A DNA stretch of 64,000 nucleotides from assembly GCA_963790805.1 (NCBI GenBank), contig CAWBPL010000002.1:320696-384695 (forward strand). Direction: 5' to 3'. Below the pieces are notes generated by a model. It was given only the letters and a program-made list of their open reading frames with translations. It was not told the origin of the DNA and did not search any database. Each line of letters opens with the position of its first letter. Position 1 is the first letter of the stretch. The stretch is from Candidatus Gottesmanbacteria bacterium (GTDB lineage: Bacteria > Patescibacteriota > Microgenomatia > UBA10105 > UBA927). The translations under genes were made by a program, and so were the position numbers. Below are positions 10,076-18,663 of this stretch, piece by piece.

Positions 10076-11248
10076 ATGGCTACCTATGATAGGGAAGAAG
10101 ATGAACTAGGAAATCAATTTGCTTTTGATTATCTAAAACATTGGGGTGGTAAGACATTTCCTACAGATGAGGCTATGAGTAATATACAAACAATAGGGAG
10201 AAAAATAGGTTTAGCCAAAATAATGTATTTAATTGCAAAAATGGATAACCGGTCTCAAATAGCATTCTTAGCTTATCTTGGATATTTTGGTGAAAATAAA
10301 AGAGAAATAATTAAAGTAGCAGAATCTGCGGGCATAGGCCGAACTGTAATCAGAGCTGATTTATGGAGAGTAAGTTTACAGCTTGATAAACTATATACTC
10401 CTGAAATGGTAAAATTACTTGAATTTGCAACCCCAGCGCCAATTTATCCTCAGGTTTTAGCTCATAGCTTAGTTGGGGAAAAAGCTCTAAGAATAAATGG
10501 TAGTGTCCTAACTCCCAATTCAGCCAGATTATTTTTAAAAAGATTCAGTGAAGGAAATGACTTTAATACATTCCGACAATCAATAACTCCCAAAGAAGCA
10601 AAAATTTTGGATATGGCTTTAGTAATGGATAGTGAAAATTTTTCTTTAAACGACGAGCAAATTTCACGGAAAGTAGGTCTTAAACCTGTCCGGGTACGAA
10701 ACATTATCGTTTCATTAAGAAAAAGGGCGGAAAATTCAATCGTTAAATTTATTAGTCAAGATGGAAGAATGTTAAAAGAAACAGACGCGCAATATAGTTT
10801 GATTCTCAAAAGGAGAACAATTGAACAATGGCAACTATCATGTCTTTCACCACAGCAATATCAGGTCTTTTTAGAACTTACCCAACCTGACGAAGATGGA
10901 AGGTATCCATCTCAGGAAAAAACATTTAAAGATTGCGGAGTTACAGACGATCATTTAGTCGCCATCATTTTAAGAAAATTAAATAACCCTGCGATAGTAA
11001 AAGAAATTACTGATTTAAGAACAAAGGTAGCGTTTATATTAAATCATCGTGAAAAATATTCAGATAGCGATCAAAAAGTAGCGACATTTATTGAAGAGCA
11101 AATTTCACAGGGTGTTCCTTTATGGTCAAAAAAGGGTATTGGCTTTACGGGAATTGCAATACAACTAGGGCTAAAACCACGACATGTATTATCTTTATTT
11201 GGAGTCAGGATTAAGAATAAGCTTGAAAACGCTTCTGTAAGCAACTAG
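10076..11248 (+). CDS. hypothetical protein with about four sigma70-region-4/LuxR-like HTH units
   Basis: Repeated pattern: IAESAGIGRTVIRADLWRV, ISRKVGLKPVRVRNIIVSLRKRA, CGVTDDHLVAIILRKL and IAIQLGLKPRHVLSLFGVRIKNKL. Confidence 0.55.
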   Translation: MATYDREEDELGNQFAFDYLKHWGGKTFPTDEAMSNIQTIGRKIGLAKIMYLIAKMDNRSQIAFLAYLGYFGENKREIIKVAESAGIGRTVIRADLWRVSLQLDKLYTPEMVKLLEFATPAPIYPQVLAHSLVGEKALRINGSVLTPNSARLFLKRFSEGNDFNTFRQSITPKEAKILDMALVMDSENFSLNDEQISRKVGLKPVRVRNIIVSLRKRAENSIVKFISQDGRMLKETDAQYSLILKRRTIEQWQLSCLSPQQYQVFLELTQPDEDGRYPSQEKTFKDCGVTDDHLVAIILRKLNNPAIVKEITDLRTKVAFILNHREKYSDSDQKVATFIEEQISQGVPLWSKKGIGFTGIAIQLGLKPRHVLSLFGVRIKNKLENASVSN

Positions 11249-11326
11249 ATACAAAGAATATTTTTGAACCAGCAAGAAAGGTTGACAGAATAATCCAAAC
11301 AGGAGATATTGAATCTCTCCGTCCTA

Positions 11327-11357
11327 TTTTGCTCCGAGCGGTAGAAGACATTCGGAC
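11327..11357. repeat. intergenic repeat, copy F
   Basis: ttttgctccgagcggtagaagacattcggac. Confidence 0.8.
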
Positions 11358-11442
11358 TATCTCCACTTGCATGCACGCATGGCAATATATATTACAAACA
11401 TACCTATTGGGAGCTAAAACCAATAAACCAAACCACACTAGA

Positions 11443-11895
11443 TTAAACATTCTTTTGATTTAATTTTAGATATGGCAAAATTAAAATTGCCAAAATCAGA
11501 GCAATCCCTCCAGCAAGAAAAATCATCATATTTGGAGCTGCTTCTCTTGTATCAAAACAATACCAATCATTGGTACCGCTTATTCTAATTGATTTAGGAT
11601 TTTGGGAATCATAAATCATATTTATAGCGTCCCCAACCTTTGGCCCGTAGCCAGCGCCATCCTTACAATGAGCCCAATAGTCAAAGGTAGCAATGTAGTT
11701 ATTACCAAACGTAAGATTTATCGTGTGATCATTTTCGGAGTACGAAACAACATGGCCAATAGTAGAAATAGCTCTACTATGAAAGTCGTAGTATGAAATC
11801 AATCCTTTGATAGAAAAATAGCAAATAACCACTCCTATTAATATAAAAAATATCTTAACGATTAGAAAATTGGGCTTATTATTTTCCATATGCAA
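11443..11895 (-). CDS. DUF3592-like membrane protein
   Basis: TM, beta-rich domain, TM architecture; 150 aa. Confidence 0.5.
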   Translation of the reverse strand: MHMENNKPNFLIVKIFFILIGVVICYFSIKGLISYYDFHSRAISTIGHVVSYSENDHTINLTFGNNYIATFDYWAHCKDGAGYGPKVGDAINMIYDSQNPKSIRISGTNDWYCFDTREAAPNMMIFLAGGIALILAILILPYLKLNQKNV

Positions 11896-12616
11896 ATATC
11901 ATTATTACTCTAATCACAGTTAACAAAAGACCAATTGAACTTAAGATAATTCCCCAAGTTATAGCTTTACTATTCACAGATTTCCTTGCTCGAACTCCCG
12001 TTATAATTCCCGGAATACCGCCAGCTATTCCAAGGTAAGGTACAAAAAATCCAGTTAAACTAAAAATACCGGAAGTTAAACACAGCACTGGTAATATATT
12101 ACTTTGGGGGTTTGTAGATTCGATTTTTTCTAGGTTAACTCCAGGTTGAATCATAGCTGCAAAATTTTCAACCGCTTTTTGCGCAGTATGCTGATTAATT
12201 AGCCCCTCTTTAGCTACCGCTCTTAATAATATTTCAGTACCTCCACCAGAATTTTGAGAAACAAAAATTCTTAATATTGCAGGGTTAAGATTAGATATTC
12301 CTGAATGAACCACTGCTGAAATTGTGCCGGGAGATAAATTCGGTTCTTTGATCAAATTTCCGCCGATTTTTTTGATTACCTCCAAACATCTCGAATTGAT
12401 TGCTTCAGAATTATCTGTAAATTGGAATCGGGCAGAATAATCTTTTTCTTTAAGAAGCATCGCTCCCAGTTCTGCTCCTTTTTCGCCAGCAAAAGTATCC
12501 CAAGATACTGGCGCAAAACGCATCAAGAAAAATGGCCTACTCTTTGCCGTCTCAGCACCACTAATAGCTCCAATTTTCCCTAGTTCTTTGTTTAAAATCT
12601 GACTATCGTTATCCAT
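11879..12616 (-). CDS. hypothetical protein with C-terminal TM helices
   Basis: 245-aa ORF. It overlaps the next gene by 17 nt, which suggests an operon. Confidence 0.5.
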   Translation of the reverse strand: MDNDSQILNKELGKIGAISGAETAKSRPFFLMRFAPVSWDTFAGEKGAELGAMLLKEKDYSARFQFTDNSEAINSRCLEVIKKIGGNLIKEPNLSPGTISAVVHSGISNLNPAILRIFVSQNSGGGTEILLRAVAKEGLINQHTAQKAVENFAAMIQPGVNLEKIESTNPQSNILPVLCLTSGIFSLTGFFVPYLGIAGGIPGIITGVRARKSVNSKAITWGIILSSIGLLLTVIRVIMIFAYGK

Positions 12617-12720
12617 ATTTATAGTTTCAATGTCTCTTGCTGCACAAATTAATTATATCAAGAGTTCAAAGGTCCTGCCGTACTCCAAAATGCGGATTGT
12701 CCTACTAAGCTAAAATCGTA

Positions 12721-12750
12721 AACTCCGAGCCGTAGAGGATGTTCGGAACC
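12721..12750. repeat. intergenic repeat, copy G (type 2; full unit about 12650-12750)
   Basis: aactccgagccgtagaggatgttcggaacc. Confidence 0.8.
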
Positions 12751-12846
12751 TATTACTTACTTAAAAACCGCTCTTCTATTCTGGAAATATGCCTATATCG
12801 ATAGGTTACGGAAACTGACGACTAATACGCAGTAGTTAAAGTACGA

Positions 12847-12873
12847 GTTCCGAGCGGTAGAGAATGTTCAAAC
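12847..12873. repeat. intergenic repeat, copy H
   Basis: gttccgagcggtagagaatgttcaaac. It abuts the stop codon of 12868..13083. Confidence 0.8.
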
Positions 12874-13083
12874 TGATTTATTTTGATAAAGCAGAAAAAT
12901 ATTGAGAGTCAATAGGAAAAACAAACTGATATACGAGATTTTTTGAACTATCGTACCACTAAACCCCTCATCAATCCCGTTGTATGTAATCCAGCAAATA
13001 AAGATGATATTGCCGAAAATGGCAAAATAACGGAATATTTTAAACCAATTATTCATCTGTAATAAAGTTACAAACCAAAGCAA
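12868..13083 (-). CDS. small membrane protein
   Basis: 71 aa, two hydrophobic helices. Confidence 0.4.
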   Translation of the reverse strand: MLWFVTLLQMNNWFKIFRYFAIFGNIIFICWITYNGIDEGFSGTIVQKISYISLFFLLTLNIFLLYQNKSV

Positions 13084-13355
13084 ATTTTACCCACACATGC
13101 CCATGGTAAATCTCCATCAAGATACCATTTCCCCTGAAACTTCACTATTTTAATCGTTTGACCAGACTGTATTTTACAGATTCCATACTCCGAAGTTTGT
13201 TGTAGTAATTGCACACACCCCCGAAATGCATAATAGTTTGCAAATGTACTGTGGGCTTTTCTCAGAAGTAGATATTGATTGACCATCATAATGGCAATCA
13301 ATATCCCGATCAGAAGTATAGTAATCATCAATATTTTATTTTTTAAGAGTTTCAT
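13068..13355 (-). CDS. small signal-anchored protein
   Basis: ATG at 13355 with TATAAT (13363-13368) 7 nt upstream, and an N-terminal TM. Confidence 0.45.
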   Translation of the reverse strand: MKLLKNKILMITILLIGILIAIMMVNQYLLLRKAHSTFANYYAFRGCVQLLQQTSEYGICKIQSGQTIKIVKFQGKWYLDGDLPWACVGKICFGL

Positions 13356-13441
13356 CAACGCAATTATATCAAATTGAAGTAAACTAAAATTAGAAGGCTT
13401 AAATGCTGGCGTGATAATAGTTGATTTAGACTGTCAGAACT

Positions 13442-13484
13442 CTCTAAACTACCATTTACTCCGAGCAATAGAGGATGTTCAGAC
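13442..13484. repeat. intergenic repeat, copy I (type 1; full unit about 13392-13484)
   Basis: ctctaaactaccatttactccgagcaatagaggatgttcagac. Confidence 0.85.
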
Positions 13485-13562
13485 TTTTTATTTATAAATA
13501 AAATGCACTTACTAACTAACTAGAGAATGGTTTTTAATTAAATTCTTGATCTCGAAGTTTTG

Positions 13563-14222
13563 TTAGACCGGTAACTCGAGACCGGATGCGTGCCAGTCCT
13601 TCAGGAATTTATCCTGCCCGAGCTTCGTTAGAGGATGATTTGTCATACTCTTAAGAATTACAAACGGAACAGTGGCAATATCCGCACCCATTTCAGCAAC
13701 TTGAGAAACATGCTCCACGTCATGCATGCTTGCGGCTAAAATTTTCGTGGCGAAGTGATAATTGTTGTAAATGTGCCGAATCCGCGCAATGAATTGATCA
13801 CCCAATCCGTCCGTAAAATCATCAACTCTACCCAAGTACGGAGAAACGAACGACGCGCCGACTTTCGCGGCAAGAAGCGCCTGATTCACGCTGAAACAAA
13901 GCGTCATGTTTACTTTAACACCCTCTTTTGTCAATTTCTTGGTCGCTTCGTAGCCAGATAGTGTACAGGGAATTTTGGCGTAGACATTGGACTTTAATTT
14001 TGAAAGTGCTCGGGCTTCTCGAAGAATTCCCTCCACGTTATCGGAAATCGTTTCCAGACTCACCGGACCGTCTACCATATCGAGAATTTCTTTCACTATA
14101 TCTTTGTATGGTTTCCCAACTTCCGATGCCAATGTCGGATTCGTGGTTACTCCATCGATAAAACCCCATCGAAGTGCTTCTCGTATTTCATCAGGCTTGG
14201 CTGAATCGATAAACAGTTGCAT
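13563..14222 (-). CDS. tal: transaldolase / fructose-6-phosphate aldolase (short type)
   Basis: MQLFIDSA...GVTTNPTL...VKVNMTLCFS...SPYLGRVDD are hallmark motifs of this family. Confidence 0.9.
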   Translation of the reverse strand: MQLFIDSAKPDEIREALRWGFIDGVTTNPTLASEVGKPYKDIVKEILDMVDGPVSLETISDNVEGILREARALSKLKSNVYAKIPCTLSGYEATKKLTKEGVKVNMTLCFSVNQALLAAKVGASFVSPYLGRVDDFTDGLGDQFIARIRHIYNNYHFATKILAASMHDVEHVSQVAEMGADIATVPFVILKSMTNHPLTKLGQDKFLKDWHASGLELPV

Positions 14223-14327
14223 ATCATCAGTCTAACAAAAATTATCACGAGAAGGAAATCGTCGAATGTATTGCATATTAACATACATGAAAATATTGAT
14301 TCTAATCAAAATAAGATTGTCTATACA

Positions 14328-14361
14328 CTCTAAACTCCATTTAGCTCCGTGAGCCTAGGAC
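14328..14361. repeat. intergenic repeat, copy J (degenerate, last copy)
   Basis: ctctaaactccatttagctccgtgagcctaggac. Confidence 0.5.
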
Positions 14362-14621
14362 TATTATGACCCTAAATTTCACCTCGATTATGCAGCTTCA
14401 GAAACCTAAGCTATATGGGTGAAATGAGGCAAAGGTGGGAAGATAAGATTACATAGGAATGTTGCCCACTCCGCCTGGCTGTCCCGTACGTGAGTGGCAT
14501 GGTCACCGTGATACAACATATACCTAGATATAGATGGCGTCCTCCTAGTGACGACGACAACTTAGCGATTTCGCCATGATTTCTTGACTATGTTACGTCC
14601 CACTACCTACCTACTGGCTAA

Positions 14622-14941
14622 CGGCACACTGCCTCGGTAAATATTGCCTATACCCATGCCTTTATAGAACGAACATTTCCTCCAAAAACACTTGCAGTAG
14701 CCAAACGTATCCAACCGACAATTTGGGTAACCAATAAAACAGAAGCGATAGATTTTACGAAGCCGTTTCTATGGTTTGATGACGACCTATTTGAAGGAGA
14801 ACGAAAGGATTTAATCAAACACAATGCACTTGATAACTGGATAGAGGTAGATTTTCGAAAAGATGTCAACTATTTACAAAGATTTCTGGCCAGTTTCCCG
14901 ATACCAATTGAAATAGTGCAATTCAAGCATTCCAAAACCTA
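14622..14941 (+). pseudogene. start-less gene fragment (possibly a HAD-like C-terminal part)
   Basis: My own translation gives an open frame with no start codon: ...FIERTFPPKTLAVAKRIQPTIWVTNKTEAIDFTKPFLWFDDDLFEGERKDL... Confidence 0.35.
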
Positions 14942-15666
14942 AGCTATATTGGCGAATTAAGACAACGGTGGGAGGAAATAAAGAAACTACAGATTAGTCC
15001 AATCGGTACTACTATGGCTTCTGGCAAGATGGAAGAACAACCCAAAGCCATACTAAACCTGCCTTCAGCCATTCCTTTCTTCGCTTCCTCGGCAGATATT
15101 TCTGGCCATTTCTAGTTCTATCTCGTAGGCAACGATTTGGAACAGTTTGGATACTCTCTTGTTTGATAGCTATGTTCACTTACTTTGTAAAGCCCTTGAG
15201 TTTCGATAATTTCTATTTGTCCTGCATAATGTTTTTCGACAACCTCATAAATAAAGGCGAACTATTTCGTCAGGAACTATTAGCTCACCATCTAGTCCAA
15301 TTATCTTTTTCTTTTCAGGGTTTAGAGGTCTGTATTCGTAAACACCTGGTACTTTACTTAGGCTTGAGTCAGTTTCATTCCACAATGAAGCGAATATCTC
15401 GTAGGCTGAGCCCTTATGTCCTTGTTCATCCATAAATATCACTTCTGAATATCTGATGGTAAAAGGATTTGGAGAGATGAACTTTTTAATCTTAAGCTAA
15501 AACTTTTTACAGAAGTATCGGATAAAAGCAGGGTGGCATATAACTTAGCTCTTATGTTTGTATTTTGTGTATCCACTAAAGCAAGTAAATCAATACCTAA
15601 AGCGGAAGACATATTTTGTGCTGCTTTGGTATATGAGAGTTTGAAACAATTGCACCCTTCTTAGCT

Positions 15667-15951
15667 TTAATATCTCGTAGCTTCAGTATTAAATGCTTCA
15701 ATAATTGGAACATCTAACGGTCTTTTATAATCTTTACATTCAAAGGCAATAAACTCATATTCCTCAGGTTTAATAAGCTGCACATCAACTTGGCGTTTAA
15801 CCTTAGATAGCTGTCCTTCTAAATGGACATTTTTATAAACCTGTTCCTGTGGATTGAGAGATTGAACTACTTTATAGGAGCTTTCTTCAAATTTTTCCCA
15901 CTTCTTTTTCATAATCAGCGACCCACCAGTGCTATCTCTCAATAAATTCAA
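15667..15951 (-). CDS. restriction-endonuclease-fold (Mrr-cat-like) small protein, possibly truncated
   Basis: The D...E-C-K pattern (VDVQLIK...FIAFECKDYKRPLDV) is typical of a PD-(D/E)xK core. It is only 94 aa. Confidence 0.45.
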   Translation of the reverse strand: MNLLRDSTGGSLIMKKKWEKFEESSYKVVQSLNPQEQVYKNVHLEGQLSKVKRQVDVQLIKPEEYEFIAFECKDYKRPLDVPIIEAFNTEATRY

Positions 15952-15973
15952 AAGGTATTGTCTATCGCCGTGC

Positions 15974-17149
15974 TCATGAAACCAATTCTCCCTTCATTGC
16001 TTTATTTAACGTGCTTTCAAATAATTCATTTAGTAATTCTTTATTTAGTTTACTCAACTCAAAATACTTTCCAATACTTTGAAACTTTTCAATTACTTGT
16101 TCCTGTATATTAAGTGGCGGAATGGGGATTTGATAATTTTCAACAAAACTAACAGGAAGTCTTTTTTGCCCTGCTGAACCAGTCATGTGCAATTTGCCCT
16201 CGTTTCTAAACCGATTGCTATATACAAATAGCCATATCCAAATTGGTGCCACCTTTTTCTTATCAGCCCTGATAACAATGAATTCAGTTGACCCAAATCC
16301 AATACTTTCTGGACTTTTTCTGAATATCCCAGTTTTTCCATTTTCAAAACAGGGTGTTATTTTTGCGAGCAATACATCATCTGATTGGAAACATGTATAG
16401 CCAGTCTTAACCTGTTTTATTTTCCGCTTTTCTGTAAGAAATGGATTTTGTGCATCTGTTGCTAAGGCTGACATCGGTAAAAAATCAACCTCTTTTTCTA
16501 AATCCCATTCATGAAATTTTGGTTTTGGGGGATTTACCATTGCAACATCGCTTATTTTTTTTGTTGACCATTTATTTGTTAATGCAAAAACTAAGTTGAA
16601 AAAAGCATCAAATAATTCATCCGCTTTTTCAATTTCTTTTTGATTTAACTCTTGAAGTTTACTGATGGAATCTAATTTTTCAACAATCTGCTTTTGGATG
16701 GTCAAAGATGGAAAAGAAACAACCATTCGTTTCAACGCTGTTGTACTAAGTTCTTTGAAAGTGGTTCCAAAAGAATTTTGTTCTAATTTAGTTTTATTTG
16801 CTAATAACCAATATGCGAGAAACCAACTATCTATTTCTTGCGAAGGCGTAATTCCTTTAATACCCTGATTGTAAGCACTTACTTTTGAGGTAATTCCAAT
16901 GTTCCCTATCGTTGCCCGACTGGATAAAAGAATAGCGTTTTGGTCTACGACCTTGGTATACTTCAAAGCCTCTTCGCTTATTTGTCTTTCGCTATTTGAC
17001 AAGACAGATACAGTTCCTGAAGTAATTTCTGAGGGAGTAAACCAAGGATTGTTCCCATTAAAATGAGCTGCAATACTTGTTGGCGGTGTTCCACCACCGT
17101 TAATTACTGCGATATCATCTAACTTTTTGGTTTGCCAATTATTTTTCAT
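15974..17149 (-). CDS. hsdS: type I restriction-modification specificity subunit
   Basis: Two target-recognition domains separated by conserved coiled-coil spacers. It overlaps hsdM by 4 nt. Confidence 0.9.
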   Translation of the reverse strand: MKNNWQTKKLDDIAVINGGGTPPTSIAAHFNGNNPWFTPSEITSGTVSVLSNSERQISEEALKYTKVVDQNAILLSSRATIGNIGITSKVSAYNQGIKGITPSQEIDSWFLAYWLLANKTKLEQNSFGTTFKELSTTALKRMVVSFPSLTIQKQIVEKLDSISKLQELNQKEIEKADELFDAFFNLVFALTNKWSTKKISDVAMVNPPKPKFHEWDLEKEVDFLPMSALATDAQNPFLTEKRKIKQVKTGYTCFQSDDVLLAKITPCFENGKTGIFRKSPESIGFGSTEFIVIRADKKKVAPIWIWLFVYSNRFRNEGKLHMTGSAGQKRLPVSFVENYQIPIPPLNIQEQVIEKFQSIGKYFELSKLNKELLNELFESTLNKAMKGELVS

Positions 17150-18663
17150 TTGATAAAAGTTTTAATTTTCTTCAATTCCTCCTGCTGTTGTTCATTAAGA
17201 TTTTCAATCTCGGTAAATATCTCTTTTGGTTCCCTATATTGCGTTTCGTCTTCGGAAATAGGTCTATACGCTGAGGCGGAAAGAATAAAATCATTTGTTT
17301 CAATTTGTTCTTTTGTTGCTGACCAACTTCTTTCTGAATCTGATTTATTTTTCCATTTCTCAATCAAATCTGGTAAATCATTTTTGTCTGGGGTAGGTCG
17401 TCTTTGTGTCGCTAATTCAAATCCGTCAAAACGGACATCGTAAAACCAAACTTTTTCTGTTTTCTTACCGTTTCTATTAAAGAAAAGAATACTTGTTTTG
17501 ACACCTGCATAAGGTTGAAATACCCCTCCTGGTAAAGATACAACCGCTACTAAATTAGCTTTATCCATTAAGTATCTTCTGACCTCCTTGGCTGACCGAT
17601 TACGATTAAATAAAACACCCTCATTTACAATAACACCAGCTCTACCGCCCTGTCGTAAAGCATCAATCATAAGTCCCAAAAAGAGAGTTGTTGTATCACT
17701 TGCCTGAACAGGTAATGATTTTCTTATTCTTTCTTGGTTGATTGTTCCAGCAAAAGGAGGATTTGAAAGGATTACGTCAAACTCTCTGTCTTCCCATTCA
17801 TCTGGGGTACCAGCAACAGAATCTCTTCTAATTACTTGCGATTTTTCAAGACCATGAAGAACAAGGTTCATTGTGGCTATCTTTACCATAGCAGTGTCCA
17901 CATCAAATCCATAAAGGGTATCCGTTTGTAGAAATTGCCATTGAGTGGGACTTAATTTGTCTCCTGGTCCTTTCTTAATTAGCTGTCCGTTTCCATTCTT
18001 CGTTTCTTCAATGTTTTTCAAATCAGAATTACATAACTTAATCCACTCATATACTCCCAATAAGAAACCACCTGTTCCACTCGCCGTTCAATATAGTTTC
18101 TCCTATTTTAGGATTTACCAATTGGACAATTGTTCGGATTATATGTCTTGGGGTTCTGAATTGACCGTTTTTCCCAGACGTTGTTAATTGATTCAATAAG
18201 TATTCATACAAGTCACCCTTAACATCAGCGTCTAACTCCATGAAAGAAATATTCCTCTAAGTTTATCTACAACATCTCGTAATACAACTCCATCGGGTAT
18301 CTGAAATCTTGCATCAACAAAGAATCTCCTGACAGATTCGTTTGTTCCAGGAATGTTTGCCATAAAAGCAAACACTTCGTCTCGGACAAACTTGAACATT
18401 TTGGTGTTGTCAGGGATATGAACCCATTGACTCCATCTATATTTCTCGTTTTCTCCATCAAAAATTGACTTGTAACCATTTTTGTTGCCCAGAAGTTTGA
18501 CCTCTTTAGCTTTTTGGTTATCCCATTCTTCAAGCATTTTCAGAAAAAATAAGTAAGATATTTGTTCAATATAGGTAATGGGGTTAGTTAATCCAGCTGC
18601 CCAAAGTTTATTGCAGATTTGGTCTATAGCCGACTGTAATTGTTGTTTTGTTGTGATACTCAT
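17146..18663 (-). pseudogene. hsdM: type I R-M methyltransferase subunit, interrupted by two frameshifts
   Basis: Three consecutive ORFs (18232-18663, 18047-18241, 17146-18060) carry HsdM_N, then GDLYEYLL...GQFRTPRHI, then NPPF. Motif I ([15 protein letters not shown]) is readable only in a shifted frame around 18060-18085. Confidence 0.85.

Noticed and set aside
11301-11330. An intrinsic terminator after the multi-HTH gene (GGAGA-N9-TCTCC followed by TATTTT)
   Set aside because: The stem is only 5-6 bp and the U-tract is interrupted. That is too weak to annotate.
4109-14368. The intergenic repeats as canonical integron attC sites
   Set aside because: I looked for the R''(..AAC)/R'(GTT..) inverted pair on the coding strand. 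Only copy I (13392-13484) shows a convincing one: GTCTGAAC-at-CCTCTA...TAGAG-a-GTTCTGAC. Copies A, F, G and H lack the complementary distal box, and copy A has AAT instead of AAC. No IntI-type tyrosine recombinase is present, and the genes have their own promoters. I kept it as a cassette-like hypothesis only.
4109-14368. The repeat family as a CRISPR array
   Set aside because: The spacing is irregular (0.1-2.9 kb), the intervals contain full genes, the repeats are imperfect, and there are no cas genes.
17146-18663. UGA recoding (genetic code 25) as an explanation for the broken hsdM and other split frames
   Set aside because: Reading through the TGA at the end of the middle hsdM ORF hits another stop within three codons, and the conserved motifs continue in a different frame. 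TGA, TAA and TAG all coincide with conserved protein ends elsewhere in the window.
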